32,000 nucleotides of DNA, taken from contig NZ_CP036280.1 of NCBI RefSeq assembly GCF_007748075.1, positions 120,001-152,000 on the forward strand, written 5' to 3'. The notes below the pieces were generated by a model. That model did no database searches, was not told the origin of the DNA, and worked only from the letters and a program-made list of their open reading frames with translations. Positions 15,900 through 28,137 of the stretch are shown here, one piece after another. Position 1 is the stretch's first letter, and every line of letters starts with the position of its first letter. This DNA is from Mucisphaera calidilacus. Its GTDB lineage: Bacteria > Planctomycetota > Phycisphaerae > Phycisphaerales > Phycisphaeraceae. Position numbers and translations under genes: made by a program.

Positions 15900-16823
15900 G
15901 TGACCCTGCCCGATACGCTCTTCGCCGACCTCGACCTCGACCTCGACGTCCGACGCGACGCTCCGCTCGCGCCACGCACCTGGTACGCCGTCGGCGGACA
16001 CGCCCAGGCACTCGTCACCCCTGCCGACGCCCACGCCCTCGCCACCCTCCTCCAACGCTGCCGCGACAGCAGCGTCCCCGTCCGGATCCTCGGCAGCGGG
16101 GCCAATCTCCTCGTCGCTGACGCGGGCGTCCCGGGCGTCGTGATCACCCTCGACCACCCCGCCTTCCGGCAACAGCACATCGAACCCGACACCGGCCGCC
16201 TCCGGGTCGGCGCAGGCTCTGACCTCATGGCACTCGTCAACGAGACCGTCCGCCACGGCCTCGCCGGACTCGAAGTACTCACCGGCGTGCCCGCCTCCCT
16301 CGGCGGCGCGATCCGCATGAACGCTGGCGGCGCCTACGGCGAGATCGCCGATGCCATCCTCGACGTCACCCTCATGGACCACGACGGCAACACCGCCACC
16401 CGACAACGCGCCGACATTGACTTTCGATACCGACACTCCGGACTCGAACAGACCATCATCACCGATGCCACCCTCCAACTCACACCCGGCAACCCCGACG
16501 ACCTCCGTCAGCGGCTCAAAGACATCTTCGCCACCAAGAAAGCTCAGCAGCCCTTCGCCGCCAAGTCCGCCGGCTGCGCCTTCAAGAATCCCGTCGACGA
16601 CCACGGCCGACCCAACGACGCCGCCGGACGCATCATCGATCAGTGCGGGCTCAAGGGCCACCGCCTTGGCGGGGCCGCCGTCTCCGAACGACACGCCAAC
16701 TTCATCACCGCCGATCCCAACGCCACCGCCGATGACATCATCAACCTCATCCGACGCGTCCAGGATGAAGTCGAGCGACAGACCGGCATCCGACTCGTCC
16801 GCGAAGTCGTCGTCTGGCCTTAA
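15900..16823 (+). CDS. murB: UDP-N-acetylenolpyruvoylglucosamine reductase
   Basis: FAD-binding PCMH-type domain (VRILGSGANLLVAD, GVPASLGGAIRMNAGAYG-like block) and C-terminal MurB block AGCAFKNP...GLKGHRLGGAAVSERHANFI. Start is uncertain: GTG at 15900, or CTG at 15882 or 15906. The ORF-track start at 15456 overlaps the OMP gene and is spurious. Confidence 0.85.
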   Translation: MTLPDTLFADLDLDLDVRRDAPLAPRTWYAVGGHAQALVTPADAHALATLLQRCRDSSVPVRILGSGANLLVADAGVPGVVITLDHPAFRQQHIEPDTGRLRVGAGSDLMALVNETVRHGLAGLEVLTGVPASLGGAIRMNAGGAYGEIADAILDVTLMDHDGNTATRQRADIDFRYRHSGLEQTIITDATLQLTPGNPDDLRQRLKDIFATKKAQQPFAAKSAGCAFKNPVDDHGRPNDAAGRIIDQCGLKGHRLGGAAVSERHANFITADPNATADDIINLIRRVQDEVERQTGIRLVREVVVWP

Positions 16824-16834
16824 ACCCGCACCCC

Positions 16835-18262
16835 CTAATCCGATACCACACGCCCCGGCTGCTCCAGCAGCAGGTAGAGCACGTTGTCGGAAAACGCCTC
16901 GCTCTTCGTCAGGCCGATGTGGTTGCTGAAGATGAACATCACCCCGCTCCAGTCGATTGGCGAACGCAGCCGCGGCCCCCAGTCGCCATCCAGCCGCTCG
17001 TCCATCAACGCCGAACTCCGCAGCACCGTCCCGTCACCCACGTGCGTCGTCGCCACACGAACATCCCCGTTCTCATGATCGATCGACACCGCCGCGTCCG
17101 TCTTACGCGAGTCCGCCGTGAACAGGTGCAGCGACATGCCCTCGGGCCGCGCCGCCGGACGATCCAGCGCAGCATGAAACTGCTCCGCCCGAGCCAGACA
17201 CTTCGCCACGTGCTCACGCGCCACCGCAAGGCGTTCCGCACGACCCGACGCCTCAGGCAGCAACCACGACAGCACCTTGTCCTCCTCCGGGTCGAAGAGC
17301 CCCCAGCCACGCTCCTCCCAGTACGACGCCTCATAGATCCGGTCGATCCACGCACCCGTCTCCGCATCCCGGTACACGCCATGGCGCGGCCTCGGCAGCA
17401 ACTGGTAAATCGAGGGCATCGTCCCCAGCAGAGCAGGGGGGTAGTCCGGCCAGAAAAACGGCAACTCCGCGCCCCGGCGCAGCTGCGTCAGCGCCTCCAC
17501 CGAGCCCGCGTTCGGCGTCCCGACCAGAATCACACGCTCCACGTGCTCGGCACCCGCCCACGTCAGCTCAGGCAGCGACCCATCCTCGGGGAGATCGGCA
17601 TGCCCGTACCGCAACGCATACCGCGTCAACAGCCCGCCCATCGAGTGCGCCACGATGTCGAACTTCACATCAGCATCCACAATCCCGTAGTCACGCTCGT
17701 AGTGCGCCTGAACCTCGCGACGTTTCTCCGCGATGAAATCCAACAACGCGTGCGCACTCTCCACGTTGTCCCGACGCCAGTCGTAAGCGAACTGAAAGCA
17801 GGTGTAGTGGTCCGTGCCATAATCGACCGTCCCAGCCTCAGCGAACTGCTCGTCGCGATACCCGCCAACCCCAAGCGTCTGCAGGATGTTCACATAAGCC
17901 CCAAGCCGCAGCGGCAGGTAGAAGATCGACACGTCCACCGTGTCCAGCGACCCGTCCACCTCCAGCCGCGAGACCGAATCACGCAACCGGCCCTCACCCA
18001 TCGGCAACGCGATCAGCCGCGCACCCTCCGGATCGTTCGGCCGGATGTAATCGTGATCAAAAGCACCCCACACCAATCGCCCATCCGCAGGGTCTTTCAG
18101 CCGCGATCCGAGAATCCCCGGAATCACAATGACCGGATTCCGATCCGGACCATGCGTCTGTGCCGCTCGGTTGTAGACCAGCCCCAGCATCGGGTCCTCC
18201 GACGCGGTGCAACCCGCCAGTGAAACCGACAAAATCAGAATTAACAGTAGTTTATGAACCAT
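16835..18262 (-). CDS. alpha/beta-hydrolase lipoprotein, LCAT/PGAP1-like lipase/acyltransferase family
   Basis: The ATG at 18262 gives MVHKLLLILILSVSLAGC, with a lipobox. Nucleophile elbow is VAHSMGG. The overall layout resembles lecithin:cholesterol acyltransferase-like bacterial proteins. Confidence 0.7.
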   Translation of the reverse strand: MVHKLLLILILSVSLAGCTASEDPMLGLVYNRAAQTHGPDRNPVIVIPGILGSRLKDPADGRLVWGAFDHDYIRPNDPEGARLIALPMGEGRLRDSVSRLEVDGSLDTVDVSIFYLPLRLGAYVNILQTLGVGGYRDEQFAEAGTVDYGTDHYTCFQFAYDWRRDNVESAHALLDFIAEKRREVQAHYERDYGIVDADVKFDIVAHSMGGLLTRYALRYGHADLPEDGSLPELTWAGAEHVERVILVGTPNAGSVEALTQLRRGAELPFFWPDYPPALLGTMPSIYQLLPRPRHGVYRDAETGAWIDRIYEASYWEERGWGLFDPEEDKVLSWLLPEASGRAERLAVAREHVAKCLARAEQFHAALDRPAARPEGMSLHLFTADSRKTDAAVSIDHENGDVRVATTHVGDGTVLRSSALMDERLDGDWGPRLRSPIDWSGVMFIFSNHIGLTKSEAFSDNVLYLLLEQPGRVVSD

Positions 18263-18414
18263 ATCCGGATGCTTTCCGTACACGCGACAACCCATCCTAT
18301 CCAGTTCCCCAACGCACCGGCGACCAGAACTTGCCAAGATGACCCTGATTTGCGACACTCTGGGGCTCGATAGAACCATGAACCACAACCCCGAACCACT
18401 AAGGGAACGGCTGT

Positions 18415-18624
18415 ATGGCGATTCGTATTAAGGCACGCAACGGCGAAACCGCGGAACAGATGCTCCGCCGCTTCAAGAAACTCTGCGAAAAAGAGGGCCT
18501 GACCAAGGAAGTCAAGCGCCGTGCCTATTACGAGAAGCCCAGCGAGCGCAAGCAACGCGCCCTCCGCAAAGCCGTCAAGCGACGCGTCCCCACCCCGGGC
18601 GGCGGCAAGCCCCGCTCCAAGTAA
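18415..18624 (+). CDS. rpsU: 30S ribosomal protein S21
   Basis: MAIRIKARNGETAEQMLRRFKKLCEKEGLTKEVKRRAYYEKPSERK aligns closely with the bacterial S21 consensus (ALRRFKR.CEK.G...E.RRR..YEKP). Confidence 0.95.
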   Translation: MAIRIKARNGETAEQMLRRFKKLCEKEGLTKEVKRRAYYEKPSERKQRALRKAVKRRVPTPGGGKPRSK

Positions 18625-18672
18625 ACAAACACCGCGGAGCGAACCACGCTCGCTGTTAATCTGAGTAAACTG

Positions 18673-18705
18673 GCCCGTAGTCTCATTCGAGACTTCGGGC
18701 TTTTT
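18673..18705 (+). terminator. Rho-independent terminator after rpsU
   Basis: Stem GCCCGTAGTCTC, loop ATTC, stem GAGACTTCGGGC (12 bp, one mismatch), followed by TTTTT. Confidence 0.7.
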
Positions 18706-18848
18706 CTTTTCCGTTTAACAAGACAACTCGATCTCGTGATATGCTGTATCTGCCGCAGGGGCATTCCCCTCCGGCAAACCCGCCCCATGGCTCCACGCGA
18801 GCCTTCCCCCCTAACCCCAAGGCCGCCGGCCGCAGAAGGATGCCACCG

Positions 18849-21413
<2,565 letters not shown>

Positions 21414-21449
21414 GCTTGGTAAAACACCACTTCCGCCTACAATGAATAG

Positions 21450-21475
21450 CCCGGGCCACAAGGCCCGGGTTATTC
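21450..21475 (+). terminator. probable terminator after hppA
   Basis: Stem CCCGGGCC, loop ACAA, stem GGCCCGGG, followed by the weak U-tract TTATT. Confidence 0.45.
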
Positions 21476-21507
21476 TACGCCCGACACCCAAGGAAACCGC
21501 CCGCCCC

Positions 21508-21978
21508 ATGTCCGAAGAGAAGCAGCCCGAGCCGACCGAGCAGCAGCCGTCCGGGCTCGAAAACCAGGCGTCACAACCCCTCGAACGCCTCTACCCCGAC
21601 CAGCCCAGCCGGCAGTTCGCCTGCGACGTCGCGCGACTCCTCACCGACCTCCACTGCGAGGAAGTCCTCGTCTTCGACGTCCGGGAGATCAGCCAGATCA
21701 CCGACTACCTCGTCCTCGCCTCCGGCACCTCCGAACGACAGCTCATCGGTGTCGCCGGCCGCGTCGAGGACGCCGCCAAAGAGGTCGGGCTCGAACGCTA
21801 CGGCGCCGACACCGACGGGGCCTCCACCTGGCGCGTCATCGACTTCTCCTCCGTCATGGTCCACCTCTTCGAACCCCTCACCCGCGCCCACTACGACCTG
21901 GAGATGCTCTGGGGCGACGCGCCACGCGTCCGCTGGCGCGACGAGACCGACGCACCCGCTAAGAGCACCGACGAATAA
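21508..21978 (+). CDS. rsfS: ribosome silencing factor RsfS (iojap-like) with acidic N-terminal extension
   Basis: Core DYLVLASGTSERQLIGVAGRVED...WRVIDFSSVMVHLFEPLTRAHYDLEMLWGDAP matches the RsfS consensus. The ATG at 21508 is preferred over 21442, which lies within the terminator hairpin. Confidence 0.85.
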   Translation: MSEEKQPEPTEQQPSGLENQASQPLERLYPDQPSRQFACDVARLLTDLHCEEVLVFDVREISQITDYLVLASGTSERQLIGVAGRVEDAAKEVGLERYGADTDGASTWRVIDFSSVMVHLFEPLTRAHYDLEMLWGDAPRVRWRDETDAPAKSTDE

Positions 21979-22993
21979 CCAGACTCCGGTGATCCAAAGC
22001 CACCCGCACCCCGCACGCCAACACCCATTCCCGAGGCGACGCCACCCCCGTGCCCACGCAGGCCACCACCTGACGCGTCGTCCGTGACGCCAGCCGATCC
22101 GCCGGCACACCCGCCTCCAGCAACCGCTCACGCAGCACCATCTCCAGCTCCACCCCCTGCACACCCGCCAACGCACCACGCTCCGCCGTCAACACCGCGC
22201 CACCCTCCGACGCCACAAATAAATCCGCATGCGCCCGCGTCCGCTCACGCATCCATCCGCTCCACGCACGCAGCTGATCCGCCGCCTCCAGCGCACGCTC
22301 GTGACCCCTCGGCCACGAAGCCCGCAACGCCGGCAGCACCTCACGACGCAGCCGGTTCCGACGCAGGTCCGGCTTGCTGTTCAACGGGTCCTCGAACCAC
22401 ACGATCCCCCAACGCTCCAGAAAACCCACCACCTCCGCGTGTGTCACACCCAGCAGCGGACGAATCAGCCGGAGATCACCCCGACGCGACGCCCGCGACC
22501 ACGCCATTCCCGCGAGCCCGCTCGGCGAACTCCCACGCATCAGCCGCATCAGCATCGTCTCCAGCTGATCGTCGCCGTGATGCGCCAGTGCAATCACACC
22601 CAACCCCGCCTCCCGCGCCATCGACCGCAACGCGGCATGGCGCTGACGCCGCGCCGTCGCCTCCAGATTCCCGCCGTGACGATCCGGGTGCACCGAACGA
22701 CACACCCATCCCACGCCCATTCGCTCCGCCTGCTCACGCAGAAACACCTCCGCCTCGTCCGCCTGATCCGACAGGTGATGATTCACATGACCCACCACCA
22801 CACGCTCGTGCCAGCCGCGACAACCCGACAGCGCATCCAGAGCATGCAGCAGCGCCTGCGAATCGCCGCCGCCCGAGCACGCCACCAGCACCTCGGGATG
22901 ATCCGCATGCCGGTAACCGCAACGCCGACGCAGCGCCCGCGCTACCGCCTTCACCAGCGGATCGTGCCGCATCTTTGTGGATTTATCGGACAT
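21959..22993 (-). CDS. tilS: tRNA(Ile)-lysidine synthase
   Basis: PP-loop VLVACSGGGDSQAL, followed by HVNHHL and ALAHHGDDQLET blocks typical of TilS. Start is uncertain (ATG at 22993 or 23005, GTG at 23029). The 3' end overlaps rsfS convergently by 20 nt. Confidence 0.85.
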   Translation of the reverse strand: MSDKSTKMRHDPLVKAVARALRRRCGYRHADHPEVLVACSGGGDSQALLHALDALSGCRGWHERVVVGHVNHHLSDQADEAEVFLREQAERMGVGWVCRSVHPDRHGGNLEATARRQRHAALRSMAREAGLGVIALAHHGDDQLETMLMRLMRGSSPSGLAGMAWSRASRRGDLRLIRPLLGVTHAEVVGFLERWGIVWFEDPLNSKPDLRRNRLRREVLPALRASWPRGHERALEAADQLRAWSGWMRERTRAHADLFVASEGGAVLTAERGALAGVQGVELEMVLRERLLEAGVPADRLASRTTRQVVACVGTGVASPREWVLACGVRVALDHRSLVIRRCS

Positions 22994-23055
22994 ACAACCG
23001 ATCATACGATCTGAGACCGTTCCCCCCACGGTCGGGTTGTCGCTAGGATCCAGTC

Positions 23056-23538
23056 ATGCCCGAAGGTGAATCCCCGAGCCAGGTCGCAGAACTCGTCGTC
23101 AACCTCGACGACGCCCCCGGCGAGACCGTCGGCAACGCCATCAACACGCTCATGGACGCCGGCGCACTCGACGCCTGGTGGACCCCCATCGGCATGAAGA
23201 AGAACCGACCCGGCACCATGCTCTCCGTCCTCGTGCGCACCGACGACCAGACCCGCTTCGAACAACTGCTCCTCGAACTCACCGGCAGCTTCGGCCTCCG
23301 CTCGCGAACCTGGCAACGCGCCGTCCTCGACCGCCGACACGAAACCGTCACGACACCCTTCGGCACCGCACGCGTCAAGATCGGCTCACGCGACGGCATC
23401 GACCTCGTCGCCCGAGGCGAACACGACGACGCCGCCCGATGCGCCGCCGAATCCAACACGCCCCTCCGCATCGTCCAGGCCGCCATCGACGCTCAGGCCA
23501 CTCGGCAGTTCCTCCTCGCCGCGGAGGACGACGCCTGA
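23056..23538 (+). CDS. standalone LarC C-terminal-domain (DUF111 C-terminal) protein
   Basis: 160 aa. VVNLDDAPGETVG...LMDAGALDAWWTPIGMKKNRPGTMLSVLV...TGSFGLRSRTWQRAVLDR...TPFGTARVKIG matches the C-terminal half of nickel-pincer cofactor protein LarC. The N-terminal half is absent: the upstream DNA is the divergent tilS gene. Confidence 0.75.
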   Translation: MPEGESPSQVAELVVNLDDAPGETVGNAINTLMDAGALDAWWTPIGMKKNRPGTMLSVLVRTDDQTRFEQLLLELTGSFGLRSRTWQRAVLDRRHETVTTPFGTARVKIGSRDGIDLVARGEHDDAARCAAESNTPLRIVQAAIDAQATRQFLLAAEDDA

Positions 23539-24047
23539 TGGAGATGCTCAAGGCCTTCCTCCCCATCGCCGGCATCCTCTTCATCATCATGGGGCTCTAC
23601 AACCTGCGCGCCAAGAAACGACGATCGCCCCAGAAACCCGCACGCGACCAGCTCGAAGAACTCAAGCAACGCAAGGCCGTCAAGGATGACCTCACCCGGG
23701 TCATGATCGAGGTCGAGGAACTCACACGACGCTTCAGCAGCCAGATCGACGCCAAGACCATCAAGCTCGAACGCATGATCCAGGAAGCCGAAGTCCGCAT
23801 CGACCAGCTCCGACAACTCCAGCAGCAGCAACCGACCCAGACCCCCGATCAACCGCTTTCTCCCGGCAACCAGACCCCCGATCCTGCCGAAACCACCTCA
23901 CCCACACCCCCGATGACCGACCTCCGCAACGCCGTCCACCAGCTCGCCGACGACGGACTCGACCCCATCGCCATCGCCGAGAAACTCGACGAGCACGTCG
24001 GCAAGATCGAGCTCATCCTCGCCCTCCGCTCCAACCCGACCCGCTAA
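23538..24047 (+). CDS. membrane-anchored coiled-coil protein, hypothetical
   Basis: The ATG overlaps the previous stop (TGATG). N-terminal TM segment FLPIAGILFIIMGLY, a coiled-coil middle, a Pro/Thr/Gln linker, and a C-terminal helix-turn-helix-like block LADDGLDPIAIAEKLDEHVGKIELILALR. That block is reminiscent of DUF2802-type tails, from memory only. Confidence 0.65.
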   Translation: MEMLKAFLPIAGILFIIMGLYNLRAKKRRSPQKPARDQLEELKQRKAVKDDLTRVMIEVEELTRRFSSQIDAKTIKLERMIQEAEVRIDQLRQLQQQQPTQTPDQPLSPGNQTPDPAETTSPTPPMTDLRNAVHQLADDGLDPIAIAEKLDEHVGKIELILALRSNPTR

Positions 24048-24152
24048 TTCACTACCTGTTTCGGGGCAATCCCCTCCTTGGATTCAGCCAGCCCTGTGGC
24101 ATACTTCCAGTCTACCCAGACCCACCGCCCGACACACGGAGTGCGTGTCCCC

Positions 24153-25604
24153 ATGAACACCCGCCGGACCCTCGTCATCACCCTCCTCGCCCTCGCTCCC
24201 GCCGCCCAGGCCGATACCTTCCACGGCATCAACGCCGGCGCACCCCTCTGGAACAACCAGATCATCTTCACCGAGCAACGCGCCGCCGACATCGCCGCCA
24301 CCGGCACCAACGCCATCCGCATCAACTTCCGCCTCGACGGCCACGCCACCTGGGACGCCTCACTCCTCACCAAGTACGACATCATCATCGACACCGCCGT
24401 CAACGCGGGCTTCGAGATCCTCGGCATCTGGTCCAACGAAACCACCACCGGCACCCAGGCACAGTGGAACCAGACATCCGGGCGTTTCGACACCACGCCC
24501 AACGCCTACGCACAGAGCTTCGCCGACAACGCCGCCTTCCTCGCCGACCGCTACGCCGACCAGATCAAGCGCTGGGAAGTCTGGAACGAGCCCGACGCAT
24601 GGGCCCAGCCACCCTCCGTCGTCGGCGCCGACAACGCCGGCGGAACCTACCTCGACCCGCGACGCTTCGCCGAACTCCTCTCCGAAACATACCGCCAACT
24701 CGACGACTACAACGGCAACTCACTGCTCGACCAGCACGGCATCGAACTCGTCACCGGCGGACTCCTCGCGCACGACATCGGCGGCAGCTTCACCACCGGA
24801 CGCCTCTACATGCAAGGCGTCTACAGCCATGGCGTCTGGAACAGCTTCCGCAACGACTTCGACCAGGACTATGCCTGGGACTACCTCGGCTGGCACTTCT
24901 ACATCTCGCCGGGCAGTACCCTCAGCCCCGGCTACCTCCAGACCTACCTCAACGACATCCGCGCCGGGCAACTCGCCGCAGGCGACGCCACACCCATCGT
25001 CGTCACCGAGTTCGGCTGGAACACCATCGGCACCGACGGCGAATTCGCCGCCACCAACCTCGCCACCGCCTACGACGTCCTCGAAGCCAACGACTACATC
25101 GACTCCACCTACTGGTACCAGTGGACCGACGAACCCGCCGGCGACTGGGGCCTGCTCAACATCCACGGCACCGAAACCAAACCCGCCTACGACGTCTTCG
25201 TCGAGTACAACCTCGAACCGCTCGAAGGCGATTACAACGGCGACGGGCTCCTCGATGCCAGCGACATCGACATCCTCATCAGCCACTTCGGCGAGCCCGC
25301 ATGGGACCTCACCGGCAACGGACTCACCAACCGGCTCGACCTCGAATTCTGGGTCGAGAACATCCTCGGCACCGCCGTCGGCGACGCCAACCTCGACCAC
25401 GCCGTCGACCTTCTCGACCTCTCCGCACTCGCTTCACGCTTCAACCAGAACGGCACCTGGGCGCAGGGCGACTTCAACGGCGACGGCATCGTCAACCTCA
25501 ACGACCTCTCCACACTCGCCGCGCGATTCGGATACACCACACCCGTCCCCGAACCCGCCGCATGCCTGCTCCTCACCCTCGCCGGCCTCGCCACACGACG
25601 CTGA
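24153..25604 (+). CDS. clan GH-A (GH5-like) glycoside hydrolase with dockerin-like repeats and PEP-CTERM anchor
   Basis: Signal peptide MNTRRTLVITLLALAPAAQA. Acid/base motif WEVWNEPD and nucleophile motif VVTEFGW. EF-hand-like dockerin repeats DYNGDGLLDASDIDILISHFG and DFNGDGIVNLNDLSTLAARFG. C-terminal PEP-CTERM sequence VPEPAACLLLTLAGLATRR. Confidence 0.8.
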   Translation: MNTRRTLVITLLALAPAAQADTFHGINAGAPLWNNQIIFTEQRAADIAATGTNAIRINFRLDGHATWDASLLTKYDIIIDTAVNAGFEILGIWSNETTTGTQAQWNQTSGRFDTTPNAYAQSFADNAAFLADRYADQIKRWEVWNEPDAWAQPPSVVGADNAGGTYLDPRRFAELLSETYRQLDDYNGNSLLDQHGIELVTGGLLAHDIGGSFTTGRLYMQGVYSHGVWNSFRNDFDQDYAWDYLGWHFYISPGSTLSPGYLQTYLNDIRAGQLAAGDATPIVVTEFGWNTIGTDGEFAATNLATAYDVLEANDYIDSTYWYQWTDEPAGDWGLLNIHGTETKPAYDVFVEYNLEPLEGDYNGDGLLDASDIDILISHFGEPAWDLTGNGLTNRLDLEFWVENILGTAVGDANLDHAVDLLDLSALASRFNQNGTWAQGDFNGDGIVNLNDLSTLAARFGYTTPVPEPAACLLLTLAGLATRR

Positions 25605-25631
25605 ATCAGAATCCAGAGTCTCGTCGAAGCG

Positions 25632-26831
25632 TCACCGCGACTCGATCCACTGACGGATCGTCGTACGCTTCCGCGACCAACCCGACGACAATCGCTCCTC
25701 GATAAACGTCGCGTACGCCCGATCCACCCACGCCGCCAGATCAAGCGTCAACGCGAAACGGTGATTCACCACCGCTCGCGGATCATCCACGTCATCGATC
25801 TCCGGCAGACGAACACTCGACGCACTCGCCTGCTCCGCCGCGAACGTGAACTCCCAGTGCGACGCACCATCCGAAACCAGCAGGCCCGCCTTCCGAGGCC
25901 ACTTGCCCTTTTTCAACGCTTCACCCGCCTCCGCCAGACGCGTGGGCGTGTCCGCACGCAGCATCTGACGACCCGACAACCCCCACGCGCAATCCATGTC
26001 CAGCGACTTCGTGAACCCCACAAAACCCGCCACCGGGTCCACCTTGTCCCCCGGACGACGCGACATCACCACCTCACCCTGCGCCGTCTCGAAGCGATGC
26101 CAAAGCCACACCAGAAACTCGTCACCCAGAAAGTCACGCAGGTCCTGCGCCTTCGCGTTCCAGGGCAGAGGCGGACCACCCTTCGGGCCCGTCGGCGAAT
26201 CCTCGCGACCCACCGGCGCCGCCGTGAACGCCGAAGGCCGAGCATCCTCCAACTCCGACCTCGCGCCGCCACGCGACAGCAAACGCTCCGCCAGCGAACC
26301 CGCCGTCAGAGGCAGCAGCCGAACCGCAAACGCGTTCGTGATCGCCGACACTACCAGGTCACTCGTCGACTGCGCAGTCGTCCCCACCAGAACCTCACGC
26401 CGCGCCAGGTCCCACAAAAACGACACCGTCTTCGAACGCCGGAACTTCCCCTCCGCACGCTCCTGACTGATCTGGTGTTCCGCCATCTCGTCCGCACCCG
26501 CGGGTGTCGGGCCCGAACCCAGCTCCGCCTCGTGCATCCGCTCGTAAGCCTTGCGCAGCTCGCTTGGCGGGTTGTGCGTGTCAATCCGAACCGCCGCCAG
26601 CATCAGCGGACGACCCGGCTCGCCATACGCCACCTTCTCGTGCGTGAACCGCGTGTCCAGCAGGTGCTCCGCCGTCACGAATCCCACCTCCGGCTCGCCC
26701 GCGTCGGGCACCGCCGACGACACAAACGCGTGCTCCTCCAGAACCGACAACGCCGTCTCATCCACCTCCGACGGACCATCCCCCTCAACCAGATACCGCG
26801 AAAACGTCACACGACCCGAGGTAAACGACAT
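25632..26831 (-). CDS. hypothetical protein, possibly RdgC-like
   Basis: The ATG at 26831 has GGAG 5 nt upstream. The N-terminus MSFTSGRVTFSRYLV and overall size and charge pattern weakly recall recombination-associated protein RdgC. No motif can be verified by eye. Confidence 0.6.
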   Translation of the reverse strand: MSFTSGRVTFSRYLVEGDGPSEVDETALSVLEEHAFVSSAVPDAGEPEVGFVTAEHLLDTRFTHEKVAYGEPGRPLMLAAVRIDTHNPPSELRKAYERMHEAELGSGPTPAGADEMAEHQISQERAEGKFRRSKTVSFLWDLARREVLVGTTAQSTSDLVVSAITNAFAVRLLPLTAGSLAERLLSRGGARSELEDARPSAFTAAPVGREDSPTGPKGGPPLPWNAKAQDLRDFLGDEFLVWLWHRFETAQGEVVMSRRPGDKVDPVAGFVGFTKSLDMDCAWGLSGRQMLRADTPTRLAEAGEALKKGKWPRKAGLLVSDGASHWEFTFAAEQASASSVRLPEIDDVDDPRAVVNHRFALTLDLAAWVDRAYATFIEERLSSGWSRKRTTIRQWIESR

Positions 26832-26880
26832 ACCGCTCCATCTCACAACACGTGGCAGAGACCACGCGAACTGAATAACA

Positions 26881-28137
26881 CTATTCCGCCGCCGAACGAT
26901 TCAGCATCGGACGATGCTCCGCGGGCACCCAACGCAGCGCCAACCGACCCACGCCGATCAGCCCCAGCGACACCAGACACCACAACGGCTCAGACCCCGC
27001 CACAAAGCCCCAGTACGCAGACGGACTCGCCAAAACCACCGTCGCCAGGCAGACACGCCACGCCATCCGCAGCTCCATCACGCGCGCCGGCGGGATCATG
27101 CAGATCACCACATACGCCGGGAACAACAACCCGTACGCCAGCAGAAACAGGCGATAACCCGTCTCCATCCGTGCCCCCGCACCCGCGTCCGCACTCCCGA
27201 ACACCCAGATCCCCGCCGCCGCCGCCACCACCGAGAACACCACCACCCGGAACACGCCATGCGCACCGCGCTGACGCGTCACCTCGTTGAGATGCAGCCC
27301 CACCGTGAACGCCGTCTGACCCACCAGGTGAACCCCCAGCAGCGCCATCACACCCGCCGGCACCGCAACGCCGCCGTCACCCGCGAACAACCCCGCGATG
27401 TGCGGCGCATAAACCATCGACAACACAATCATCAGCAGGAAAAACCCGCCAAACCCCAACGCGAACGCCAGTCGCCCACCCGAAACCGACAGGTTCTGCC
27501 GAGCCCGATGAAACGTCAGGTCCAGATAGGGACACAGCAAAAACCCGCCGCCCATCACCGGGATCAGCCACACCAGGTCAACCGCCCGCTCCGCCGTCAC
27601 CGACAGGACAAGACCACCACCCGCCGGTGCCGCGACCCGACCGAGAAACGCCCACACCACGCCCGCCGACAACCCAACCAGTGCCAACCCCAGCCACGCC
27701 GCCGAGCGGATCGAACCCGCCGCCACCGCCCAGACCACCGCGCCTAAAACCACCGCCGCCGCCGACCACCCCCAACCCAGCAGCTGCGGGAACAGACACG
27801 TCACCACGTACGCGTGGAACATGATCGTCACGTCCGAAAAACCCATCGCCGCCCGACGATGAACACCCACCACACGCTCGCTCATCGCCGCCGAGGTGAT
27901 CCACCACGCGAACAGCGAAGCACCCAGCACGTTCGGCACCGCGAACGACAACCACCCCAGCAAGCCATGATCACGGACCAGCAGCGTCGGGAAGAACATC
28001 CCGATCACCCACGTCCACGACGAGGCCAGAAAACCCGCCCACGCCAGCGTGCGCCACCAGCAAGCCCCCTCGGGCGCATCGACCTGCGCGTCTCGACCAG
28101 CGGGTGCCGTGCTCATCAGGTCAGCCGGCCGCCTCAC
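26881..28137 (-). CDS. polytopic integral membrane protein, hypothetical
   Basis: 418 aa with roughly 10-12 hydrophobic helices and rich in Trp, Gly and Ala. The GTG start at 28137 overlaps the stop of the upstream hotdog gene (GTGA); an alternative ATG lies at 28116. Confidence 0.7.
   Translation of the reverse strand: MRRPADLMSTAPAGRDAQVDAPEGACWWRTLAWAGFLASSWTWVIGMFFPTLLVRDHGLLGWLSFAVPNVLGASLFAWWITSAAMSERVVGVHRRAAMGFSDVTIMFHAYVVTCLFPQLLGWGWSAAAVVLGAVVWAVAAGSIRSAAWLGLALVGLSAGVVWAFLGRVAAPAGGGLVLSVTAERAVDLVWLIPVMGGGFLLCPYLDLTFHRARQNLSVSGGRLAFALGFGGFFLLMIVLSMVYAPHIAGLFAGDGGVAVPAGVMALLGVHLVGQTAFTVGLHLNEVTRQRGAHGVFRVVVFSVVAAAAGIWVFGSADAGAGARMETGYRLFLLAYGLLFPAYVVICMIPPARVMELRMAWRVCLATVVLASPSAYWGFVAGSEPLWCLVSLGLIGVGRLALRWVPAEHRPMLNRSAAE

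Noticed and set aside
15927-15947. Tandem hexamer repeat (GACCTC)x3
   Set aside because: It lies in the murB N-terminal coding region and translates to DLDLDLD. It is short, simple-sequence and in frame, not a CRISPR array or a regulatory array.
16919-18223. 434-aa plus-strand ORF opposite the LCAT-like lipoprotein. Similar shadows lie at 25761-27290 (509 aa), 26914-27747, 22084-23046 and 24464-25705
   Set aside because: All are Arg/Pro/His/Thr-rich wrong-strand or wrong-frame products overlapping genes that have recognisable domains or clear membrane-protein character.
21959-21978. 20-nt convergent overlap of the rsfS and tilS 3' ends
   Set aside because: This is a common consequence of compact gene packing. 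No additional structure or signal was seen.
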